Shown piece after piece: positions 8,421 through 17,889 of a stretch of 25,718 nt of DNA. Each line of letters begins with the position of its first letter. Positions within the stretch are counted from its first letter, which is position 1. Under the pieces are notes generated by a model, which had not been told where the DNA came from, did not search any database, and worked only from the letters and a program-made list of their open reading frames with translations. Location of the stretch: positions 1-25,718 of the forward strand of contig JBLIRO010000069.1 of the NCBI GenBank assembly GCA_049472335.1, given 5' to 3'. The DNA is from a bacterium. Lineage in GTDB: Bacteria; SZUA-182; DTGQ01; JAFGSM01. The position numbers and the translations under genes were made by a program.

Positions 8421-9379
8421 TCATCCGTTTCCTGACAGGTTAGTTGTTTGAATACATCCTCCAGAGTGATTGTATGCGCCCACATTTCAGTAAGGGACCA
8501 TCCGTTTTCCACCACACACCTGAAGAGGGATTCTCTGATATCCTTTCCCTTATCCGATTTGATTTCAATTTTATGAATGTTCTTATCGTCGGGCTGATCC
8601 GATTCTACTTCCTCTTGAGTAACAACATCAATAACATGTTCCATTTTTCCTATTTTTTCGAGGATATCAGCGAGAGGGCCTCGTATACTCATGAATACCG
8701 TTTCCTGCCCTTTAGCCCTTTCTGCAAGTTCACGCGGCGTCCCTGCCTCCACTAGTTTACCCTTGTTAATGATTATTATTCTTCCGCAAGTAGCCTGGAC
8801 TTCGGGCAGTATATGTGAGCAAAGTATGACCGTTTTTTCCTTTCCGATCTCCTTTATAAGATCCCTTATTTCGATAATCTGGATAGGATCCAAACCTGTA
8901 GTTGGCTCATCTAATATGAGGATATCTGGATTATGCATAAGGGTTTGCGCCAGACCAACCCGCTGGCGATATCCCTTGGAGAGCTGTCCGATGATTTTAT
9001 GGGCCTCCTTTTGAAGACCGCATACCTGGATCATTTCTTTTATTCTGTTTGACTTTTTATTGGTCGGGATATTACGTATGGTTGCGATAAATTTAAGGTA
9101 GTCAATAACACCCATATCCAGATAAAGAGGGGCGCTTTCGGGAAGATAACCAACCCTTTTTCTTACCTCGATCGAATCCTTAAATGTGTCATAACCTGCA
9201 AGCGTTGCCGTTCCGGAATCAGCGGGTATATAGCAGGTCAGGATACGCATAGTTGTAGTCTTTCCGGCGCCGTTTGGACCGAGAAATCCTAGTATCTCAC
9301 CCTTCTGGACCTCAAAGCTTATCCCGGCAACAGCAGGATTGGGCCCAAAACTTTTTTTCAAATCTTTAACTTCTATCAT
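8417..9379 (-). CDS. ABC transporter ATP-binding protein, GldA-like
   Basis: Walker A GPNGAGKTT, signature LSKGYRQR (GldA-type), Walker B ILILDEPT, H-loop SH; 4-bp ATGA overlap with the permease. Confidence 0.93.
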   Translation of the reverse strand: MIEVKDLKKSFGPNPAVAGISFEVQKGEILGFLGPNGAGKTTTMRILTCYIPADSGTATLAGYDTFKDSIEVRKRVGYLPESAPLYLDMGVIDYLKFIATIRNIPTNKKSNRIKEMIQVCGLQKEAHKIIGQLSKGYRQRVGLAQTLMHNPDILILDEPTTGLDPIQIIEIRDLIKEIGKEKTVILCSHILPEVQATCGRIIIINKGKLVEAGTPRELAERAKGQETVFMSIRGPLADILEKIGKMEHVIDVVTQEEVESDQPDDKNIHKIEIKSDKGKDIRESLFRCVVENGWSLTEMWAHTITLEDVFKQLTCQETDE

Positions 9380-9634
9380 AACAGTTCAAATAATGTCCCT
9401 ATTGATTGACTAAAATTATAACCGGCAATTACAATCAAGATATTTTTTATGTAAAGGATTAAGCCTTTTTAAAACCGAAAATTGCACAAAGTCCTTAACT
9501 TAAAATATTCATTATTAATGAATATAATCCGAATAAAATATAATATCTATCTCGATAAACATCATTTTCGAGATAAACATTATAAAAAAAAATTTTTATT
9601 GTCAAGAGGTAGAAGAAAATTTTTTAATAAAAAT

Positions 9635-9761
9635 GATGAATTCGTAAAAATGTCATTGAAGGAGTCATTGGCTTTTTTTGCTAAAGGCCCTTAGTGAAGC
9701 AAGCTTTTAGGTACTTCAAAAAAGGCCCGGAAACTCCGAAATGACTTTTTACGAATCCATC
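9635..9761. mobile_element. MITE-like non-autonomous element (127 bp)
   Basis: Left end GATGAATTCGTAAAAA(T)GTCATT against reverse-complemented right end GATGGATTCGTAAAAAGTCATT (15/16 identical at the termini). Flanked by direct repeat AAAAAT at 9629-9634 and 9762-9767. Additional internal inverted symmetry; no transposase. Confidence 0.72.
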
Positions 9762-9802
9762 AAAAATAGAACCGTCCCCTTTTTCCTTTTTTTTTCCTTT
9801 TT

Positions 9803-11269
9803 TTAGGGCGCGATAGCCATAAACAGGAGGTGCTCCCCACGGTTTATAAGAAGCAGAACCGTCCCCTTCTTTGATGCCTTGACCGCCTTTTTAAAGTCTT
9901 CAGTGTCCATTATCTTTTTCCGGTTTACTTCCAGGATTACATCTCCCCTCTGAACACCTGCCTTGTCTGCAGGGCTGTTCTGTTTGACATCGGTTACAAG
10001 TACACCTTCCGTGTTGGTAAGATCAAAATGTTTGGCCAACTCCGGAGAGATGTCCTGTAAAGTCATGCCGAGCTCGGATTCTTCTTTTGCTGCTAAGCTC
10101 CCCTTTCCGCTTTCTTCAAACTCACCGAGTTTAACCGTAATTTTCATATTTTCGCCGTCTCTTATAAGTTCCATTTCAACCTTGGTGCCAGGTCTTGTCA
10201 GACCGGCATATCGGGAGAGGTCGGTGTATTCCCTGATCTCTTTACCCTTAAAGCTCATTATAACGTCTCCGCTTTTAACACCCGCCTTCTCTGCGGGTCC
10301 ACCTTCAACAACCTCAGCTACCAGCGCCCCTTTATTCTCTTTTAAACCAAATGATTTGGCTAAATTAGGTGTGACTCTTTGTATCATTAATCCAATCCAT
10401 CCACGTTTAATTTTGCCTTCGGTTTTTAAATCCTCCAAGACATCCTTGACCATATTGATTGGGATGGCGAAGCCTATTCCCTGCCCTTCGGCTACTATGG
10501 CGCTATTAATTCCTACGACTTCCCCCTTTATGTTAAACAAAGGCCCTCCGCTGTTTCCGGGATTGATGGACGCGTCAGTCTGTATAAAGGAGTTGTAAGG
10601 ACCTTGTCCGATAGCCCTCCACTTGGCGCTAACAATCCCGGCAGTAACTGTGTGTTCAAGACCAAAGGGATTACCGATGGCGACAACCCATTCCCCGATC
10701 TGAAGGACATCCGAATCTCCAAGTGTGGCAATAGGCAGGTCCTCCTTTGCGTCGATCTTGAGCAGGGCCACATCCATATCTTCGTCACTTCCTATTATTT
10801 TTGCGGTATATTCATTTTCATCGGACAGGGTAACAAGAATATCTTCGGCGTCTTTTACCACATGGTTATTTGTTAATATGTAGCCGTCTTTATCAATGAT
10901 GAATCCCGACCCAAGACTCTTTTGCTTGAGATCACCCTTTGGAATGTTAAAGAATTTGTCGAAAAAGTCATCTCCAAAGAAGTCACGAAACGGATCCTTG
11001 AAGGGTGCATGGAAATTTTGGAAGCCCTTCACAACCTGTGTGGAGCTGATATATACGACAGTCTGGTTTAATCTCTTTGCGATCTCAACAAATGTATTAG
11101 GTGAAATAATCTGAACATTCGACGGATTCTCTTCCTGGACATCAGATTCAGGGTTGCCCGCAACGGTTTGAGGTGTAAAGTTAATTCTCGAAGCGATGAT
11201 GAGACCGCCAATGAAACAGGATAGACAAAGGATAATAAATAAAGGTATCCAGCGTCTTTTAAAGCCCAT
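9803..11269 (-). CDS. DegP/DegQ (HtrA, Do family) periplasmic serine endoprotease with two PDZ domains
   Basis: GSGFII, TNNHVV (His), DVALLKI (Asp), QTDASINPGNSGGPL (Ser), two PDZ domains, N-terminal anchor, SD AGGAGG. Confidence 0.95.
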   Translation of the reverse strand: MGFKRRWIPLFIILCLSCFIGGLIIASRINFTPQTVAGNPESDVQEENPSNVQIISPNTFVEIAKRLNQTVVYISSTQVVKGFQNFHAPFKDPFRDFFGDDFFDKFFNIPKGDLKQKSLGSGFIIDKDGYILTNNHVVKDAEDILVTLSDENEYTAKIIGSDEDMDVALLKIDAKEDLPIATLGDSDVLQIGEWVVAIGNPFGLEHTVTAGIVSAKWRAIGQGPYNSFIQTDASINPGNSGGPLFNIKGEVVGINSAIVAEGQGIGFAIPINMVKDVLEDLKTEGKIKRGWIGLMIQRVTPNLAKSFGLKENKGALVAEVVEGGPAEKAGVKSGDVIMSFKGKEIREYTDLSRYAGLTRPGTKVEMELIRDGENMKITVKLGEFEESGKGSLAAKEESELGMTLQDISPELAKHFDLTNTEGVLVTDVKQNSPADKAGVQRGDVILEVNRKKIMDTEDFKKAVKASKKGTVLLLINRGEHLLFMAIAP

Positions 11270-11469
11270 TTTATCCTCCTTTTAGTTATATTTCCATTAA
11301 ATAGAACTAATTCCGGCAATTCTGATTTAAACTTGTATTTTAAAATTATATAAGGATCAGGGGATAGATTACAAATATGAAATTATAATTTATAAATTAT
11401 AACCAGTTAGGGAGAGATTGTAAACCTTTTTCAAATTATTTCTCAACCAGTAATTTCCAAAATATTTTT

Positions 11470-12414
11470 TCAAGAATTTTGTACAAAATCAAGCAGTGGA
11501 AAAATACATTTTGGATTTTTCAGTCTCTGGAGAGCACTCTCTTCGATTTGGCGAATCCTTTCACGTGTCAGATGGAAGTATCTTCCGATCTCTTCCAGGG
11601 TTTTTTCCTTATTGGTGCCTATGCCAAAACGCATTTCAATGATCTTTTTTTCTCTTTCTGAAAGTGTATCAAGGATATTTTGAATCTCTTCCGTGAGACT
11701 TTGTTTAATAACAAAATCTACGGGAGATGATCCTCTTTTGTCTTCAATATAATCGGATATGCTGGAGTTACCAAATTCGTCTATGGGTGTTTCGACTGAT
11801 ATAGGTATCTTGATGACACTTAAAAGCTCCCTGACCTTTTCAATGCTCACTCCCATTTCCACGGCAATGTCTTTTAAGCTGGGTTCTTTCTTCATGTCCT
11901 GAATAAGTCGTTGGTGGGCTTTTAACATTGATTTAATTGCATCGAGGGTATGAACGGGGATACGGATGATCCGCGCTTTATCCGCAAGTGCCCGTGTTAT
12001 GGCCTGTCTGATCCACCAAATGGCATATGTGCTGAATTTACATCCACGGTTATAATCATATTTTTCTACTGCTTTTATTAAGCCGATATTCCCTTCCTGT
12101 ACCAAATCCATAAACGGCAGGCCACAATTGGTATATTTTTTAGCGATACTAACAACAAGGCGAAGATTTGCCTCAATAAGCTCGGCTTTTGCCCTTTCAT
12201 CCCCTTTAGCTATTCTCCTGCCAAGGTCCTCTTCCTGGTCCCTGCTGAGTAAGGAGACTTTGCCTATTTCTCTCAGGTAAAGTTTTATCTGGTGGTCCGT
12301 CTCAATATTTTCGGTTTCCTCAGTGTCATTTTCTAAATCGTCACCAGTGTAATCAATTAAATCTTCTTCATTCTCATCTGATGTATCTTCTATATCATTA
12401 TCTATAGAATACAT
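11470..12414 (-). CDS. RNA polymerase sigma-70 family factor, RpoD/SigA-like but lacking region 1.1
   Basis: Region 1.2 YLREIG, region 2 [12 protein letters not shown] / [18 protein letters not shown] / [13 protein letters not shown], region 4 TLEEIG...TRERIRQIE; short acidic N-terminus; 314 aa. Confidence 0.92.
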   Translation of the reverse strand: MYSIDNDIEDTSDENEEDLIDYTGDDLENDTEETENIETDHQIKLYLREIGKVSLLSRDQEEDLGRRIAKGDERAKAELIEANLRLVVSIAKKYTNCGLPFMDLVQEGNIGLIKAVEKYDYNRGCKFSTYAIWWIRQAITRALADKARIIRIPVHTLDAIKSMLKAHQRLIQDMKKEPSLKDIAVEMGVSIEKVRELLSVIKIPISVETPIDEFGNSSISDYIEDKRGSSPVDFVIKQSLTEEIQNILDTLSEREKKIIEMRFGIGTNKEKTLEEIGRYFHLTRERIRQIEESALQRLKNPKCIFPLLDFVQNS

Positions 12415-12420
12415 GGCTTT

Positions 12421-13026
12421 TCAGAATACCTCCTTAACCTCTCTCTCTTTAACCTCTGTATTTTGGTATGTATACCAAATTCTTTGCAAAACTGTAAAAT
12501 GCGTCAAAATGGCGAGTATCCACAGACAGACATTAATCTGAAGAGTTAAGGCGCCAATGGCAAGCACAATAACCCTTTCAGGCCTTTCCATGATTCCAAC
12601 ATCACATTTTGAAATGATGGATTCCACCCTCGCCTTAGTATAGCTCACCATCACAAAACCGATCATTGTGATGAAGGTTAGCACCAGATAAGCTAGTGCA
12701 AATTTTTGCGCATATAGTATCCCAAGTCCACTAAGGATAAACATGTCTGAATAACGATCGGATGTTGAATCGATAAACGCTCCAAATGAAGAGGTCCGGC
12801 CATTTATCCTCGCATGAACCCCGTCTAATATGTCAAATAGCCCGGCAAGTAGAATAAAAATCCCACCAATACGAATAAAATCAAATGCAAAAAGAATGCC
12901 CGTTATTAGGCTTAAAAACAAGCCAATGAGCGATAGTATTGTAGGGATTGACTTATTGTCCGGAAGGGGCATTATGAGGTATTTAAAAAGAGGATCGATC
13001 TTACCCTTAAAATATTGGCTTAACAT
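12421..13026 (-). CDS. CDP-alcohol phosphatidyltransferase (phosphatidylinositol-phosphate/archaetidylinositol-phosphate synthase-like)
   Basis: Family motif DILDGVHAR...FGAFIDSTSD, plus VSYTKARVES and VGIMERPER typical of the PIP/AIP synthase-like subgroup; multiple TM segments. Confidence 0.85.
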   Translation of the reverse strand: MLSQYFKGKIDPLFKYLIMPLPDNKSIPTILSLIGLFLSLITGILFAFDFIRIGGIFILLAGLFDILDGVHARINGRTSSFGAFIDSTSDRYSDMFILSGLGILYAQKFALAYLVLTFITMIGFVMVSYTKARVESIISKCDVGIMERPERVIVLAIGALTLQINVCLWILAILTHFTVLQRIWYTYQNTEVKEREVKEVF

Positions 13027-13180
13027 AAAAAAAGCCTTTTTTTTTAAAAAAATTGATTTTAAAAATTTATTGATTGTGATCTTTTTTTAATTTACATATG
13101 CAAACTGTTTCATATTTAAGAAATAAGATTTCAGAATGTACATTTCCAAAAAATATAAAGAGATGAGAATTTTTCTATAC

Positions 13181-13645
13181 TTATGGATTTTCCCTAGAGA
13201 GGGCAAGAAATTTCATCCTAAGATTATAGAGCAATTCATCCATTAGTCTGTCTTCATCTTCGGTGCGGTTTCCCTCGGTTTTTTCCTTTAGCATGGCTAT
13301 AAGATCAATAGTTTGCTTAGCCAGAGGCAGATTAATATTTTTTTGATTTGTGGTTGGATCGGGTATTTCTCCCAGATGGATAAAAACAGATGTGCTAAGT
13401 GACATGATAAAAGAAGGGAAATCCACTTCTGGAAGAGGAATCTCTTCAGAAACCTTCTCCCCCGGCTTTTCTCTTTCTCTTGGCTTTTCCTTTTCGGTCC
13501 CTTCTTTTAGAGATGATTTGGCATCTTTGGAAGTTTCAGTTTCATCAGCTTTATCTCCAGATCTCTCTTTTGTCTTTTTTGCCCCGATCCTTCGGTCGAT
13601 AATAGTAAAACCGGGTCCCTCAATGATATCATCCTTCTCGCTCAT
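13181..13645 (-). CDS. DUF1844 domain protein
   Basis: LPEVDFPSFIMSL...HLGEIPDP...LPLAKQTIDLIAMLKEKTEGNRTEDE..L...LYNLRMKF, preceded by a charged disordered N-terminus. Confidence 0.8.
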   Translation of the reverse strand: MSEKDDIIEGPGFTIIDRRIGAKKTKERSGDKADETETSKDAKSSLKEGTEKEKPREREKPGEKVSEEIPLPEVDFPSFIMSLSTSVFIHLGEIPDPTTNQKNINLPLAKQTIDLIAMLKEKTEGNRTEDEDRLMDELLYNLRMKFLALSRENP

Positions 13646-13750
13646 TCTTGCCCTCTTCTTTGATTCTGGTAATTTTATTTTAATAATCCCGTCATTCTTA
13701 ATTATAACTTAGTTTTATTGTTTTTCAAGCCTTATATATCTCTCCCTGAG

Positions 13751-13788
13751 AAAACAAAAGCCCTTGCCAGAAGGCAAGGGCTTTTGTT
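13751..13788 (-). terminator. Rho-independent terminator of groESL
   Basis: Perfect 16-bp stem AACAAAAGCCCTTGCC / 4-nt loop / GGCAAGGGCTTTTGTT, U-rich 3' side on the minus strand, about 10 nt after the groEL stop. Confidence 0.9.
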
Positions 13789-13797
13789 AGGAAACTT

Positions 13798-15444
<1,647 letters not shown>

Positions 15445-15470
15445 TTATTTTAAAAAATAAATATCCAATA

Positions 15471-15761
15471 TTATTGCTCGATGATACCGAGAACATCGTC
15501 TTCACGCATGATAAGAAATTCCTCATCCTCGATCTTGACCTCTGTTCCGGCATACTTCCCGAATAGTATCCTGTCGCCCTTTTTCAGGTCCATTGGTTGT
15601 TTTGATCCATCCTCTTTAACTTTGCCGCCACCAACAGATATGACCTGGCCCTCCATGGGTTTTTCTTTGGCAGTATCAGGTATAATAATGCCACCTTTTA
15701 TCTGTTCGCCCACCTCAATCCTTTTGACCAAAATTCTGTCCTGTAAAGGTTTGATTTTCAT
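15471..15761 (-). CDS. groS: Co-chaperonin GroES (ATG 15761 preferred over GTG 15773)
   Basis: [49 protein letters not shown] lies 8 nt before ATG 15761; the GTG start of the ORF track lies within that SD. Confidence 0.98.
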   Translation of the reverse strand: MKIKPLQDRILVKRIEVGEQIKGGIIIPDTAKEKPMEGQVISVGGGKVKEDGSKQPMDLKKGDRILFGKYAGTEVKIEDEEFLIMREDDVLGIIEQ

Positions 15762-15883
15762 ATAATAGGTCACCCCTTTCCTCGTCTTTAATTAATGTTA
15801 TAAATATTGATTGAAGAAAAATTCCAAGTAGATTATGTTTGTTGAAAGATCAAGGTTTTTCCTTCACCCCCTTCTTGAATCTG

Positions 15884-15910
15884 TTAGCACTCTCATTAAG
15901 TGAGTGCTAA
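15884..15910. promoter_or_regulatory. CIRCE element (HrcA operator)
   Basis: Perfect TTAGCACTC-N9(tcattaagt)-GAGTGCTAA upstream of groES. Confidence 0.97.
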
Positions 15911-15911
15911 T

Positions 15912-15940
15912 AATATATTGTCAGGCCATAAAAAAATCAA
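15912..15940 (-). promoter_or_regulatory. Sigma70-type promoter of groESL
   Basis: Minus strand TTGATT(15940-15935)-N17-TATATT(15917-15912), directly abutting the CIRCE as expected for HrcA repression. Confidence 0.7.
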
Positions 15941-16063
15941 ATCCGTTTATTAGGTAATAGATGCCTGTTAACCATCATTTGAAATGATTTACTTTTAAAT
16001 GCTAAACAATACTAACTTTTTCGAAAAATAGCTACTTTTTTTCTGAAATTAACGGGCAACGAA

Positions 16064-17065
16064 CTATTTGTAGAGAGAATCAATTTGGTCTTCAATGTCC
16101 CAGAGTGCTATCCTTTTTTTGGCCAGTCGTCTTTTATAAACATAAATACCAAGGAAGAGAAGACTTATCAAAAACCAAATAGCGAAACCACTGGTAAGGA
16201 AGGGAATCCAGTTATAACGCCGCCGCAGATACATATGCCAATTTTTTTCAAAACCTTCCAGGGTGATACCAAAAACATAAAAAAAGGCCTCTGGCGTTTG
16301 GCTACCTTCTACAAGATTCCGAATAAGCTTATTCAAATAGTCCGCGCCATATTTATTTATTATATAGGCAATGAGACTAATGCTTTGGGCATAAGCCCTG
16401 TCTGCAAGTCTTTTCTCGGGGGGGAAACCATTTGTGAGTGAAGAGAGCGGTAAAAAAGACCGGGTAAGGGCTGTCTCGGCCATTATACGCCTATAATGCC
16501 AGTTCCATTGTTTTGCTTCATACATTGCCAAACCTTCATGGAGCCATATTGGAAGGTCTATCCCTTTTTCTCTGGTGACTGTATGAAGAATGAAGTGTGT
16601 CAGTTCATGTGCCATGATTTGCTGAAGATCCGGATGTGTTGCCTTTTGAGCCTTAGGAGAGAGGAGCAGTATCAGATTTTGATTTGGATAGAACACACCT
16701 ATGGACCATTCATGGGTCTTCTTTCCCCTTGGCTGCAATGCCTGATATGAGGCTCGGTCGGGTGCAATGTAGACGCTTGCCTTTATCCCCGGATCTATGC
16801 CTATGTGATGGATAATCCTTTTGTAATCCTTTTCCGCACTCTCCATAATATAATCTGTAAGCAGATGGTCCTTCTGTTGGTAATAAAGGACAAAATGTTG
16901 AGTTTCCCGTGTCTCCCAATCTGTTGGAATCTCTTTAGAGAAGAGAGGATTGCATGATATAATTGATAGTAGCGGTTGGATTATAAAAAGAAAAATAAGC
17001 ACTAGAGAAAAAGGGATTTTTTCCCTTTTTTTGTAATTCACTTTGTAATTCAAATCCGCTTTCAT
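16064..17065 (-). CDS. Peptidase MA-like (gluzincin HExxH) membrane-anchored metalloprotease
   Basis: HELTH...PIWLHEGLAMY zinc motif, AYAQS, N-terminal hydrophobic segment, C-terminal TM followed by KRR. Confidence 0.85.
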   Translation of the reverse strand: MKADLNYKVNYKKREKIPFSLVLIFLFIIQPLLSIISCNPLFSKEIPTDWETRETQHFVLYYQQKDHLLTDYIMESAEKDYKRIIHHIGIDPGIKASVYIAPDRASYQALQPRGKKTHEWSIGVFYPNQNLILLLSPKAQKATHPDLQQIMAHELTHFILHTVTREKGIDLPIWLHEGLAMYEAKQWNWHYRRIMAETALTRSFLPLSSLTNGFPPEKRLADRAYAQSISLIAYIINKYGADYLNKLIRNLVEGSQTPEAFFYVFGITLEGFEKNWHMYLRRRYNWIPFLTSGFAIWFLISLLFLGIYVYKRRLAKKRIALWDIEDQIDSLYK

Positions 17066-17245
17066 AATAAGATGTATTATTTATAAAATATTTTATTGTA
17101 CAATCTTCTTGAGTTCAGGTCTTTATATATTGTATATTATAACTACATAAGAAAGCATTTTTCTAATACTGATTAATTTGCTTTCGATCTGCAAATCTAA
17201 ATTCTCCAAAAATACAAACTCCCAGGTCTTAAAGGAGATAAAAAA

Positions 17246-17857
17246 ATGAAGGTCTTAATTGTCTTTTATTCCATGTATGGACACGTTTATCGAATGGCAG
17301 AGGCCGTGGCGGAAGGTGTAAGGAAAGTAGAGGGCGCAATGGCGGAAATGAGGCGCGTTCCTGAAACATTGCCGGAAGAGGTGCTCAAGAAAATGGGCGC
17401 CATAGATGCTCAAAAAACATTTGCACATATTCCTGTTTGCACAGCGGATGAATTAGGTTCTGCGGATGCCATTATTTTTGGAACACCAACACGGTTCGGT
17501 AATATGTGCGGACAAATGCGACAGTTTCTGGATGCAACAGGGCAGCTTTGGTTGAAAGGCACACTGGTGGGAAAGGTGGGAAGTGTATTTACAAGCACCG
17601 GAAGTCAACATGGGGGACAGGAATCAACCATATTGAGTTTTCATATTACACTTTTGCATCATGGCATGATAATTGTGGGGCTGCCATATACCTTTGAGGA
17701 GCAGATGCGTATCGATGAGATTACAGGAGGCTCTCCCTATGGGGCTTCAACAATAGCCGGTTCAACAGGGGAACGCATGCCCAGCGATAATGAGCTTGCG
17801 GCAGCCCGTTTTCAGGGTAGACATGTGGCAACCATTGCTTCAAAGCTTATGGCATAA
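17246..17857 (+). CDS. wrbA: NAD(P)H:quinone oxidoreductase type IV (WrbA flavoprotein)
   Basis: YSMYGH FMN loop, [34 protein letters not shown]. Confidence 0.96.
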   Translation: MKVLIVFYSMYGHVYRMAEAVAEGVRKVEGAMAEMRRVPETLPEEVLKKMGAIDAQKTFAHIPVCTADELGSADAIIFGTPTRFGNMCGQMRQFLDATGQLWLKGTLVGKVGSVFTSTGSQHGGQESTILSFHITLLHHGMIIVGLPYTFEEQMRIDEITGGSPYGASTIAGSTGERMPSDNELAAARFQGRHVATIASKLMA

Positions 17858-17889
17858 TAAAAGCTTATGGCACAATATAGTTTATGTGT

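Noticed and set aside
5062..9379. Gliding motility or T9SS assignment for the GldAFG-like operon
   Set aside because: GldAFG-like ABC systems are widespread outside Bacteroidota, and no gldK-N or spr genes are present in the window.
9963..11319. ORFs overlapping degQ (211 aa and shorter)
   Set aside because: Antisense or out-of-frame shadows of a clearly conserved gene.
15974..15988. 7-1-7 palindrome ATCATTT-G-AAATGAT upstream of the groES promoter
   Set aside because: Does not match a Fur or PerR consensus well, and groESL regulation is already explained by CIRCE; could be chance.
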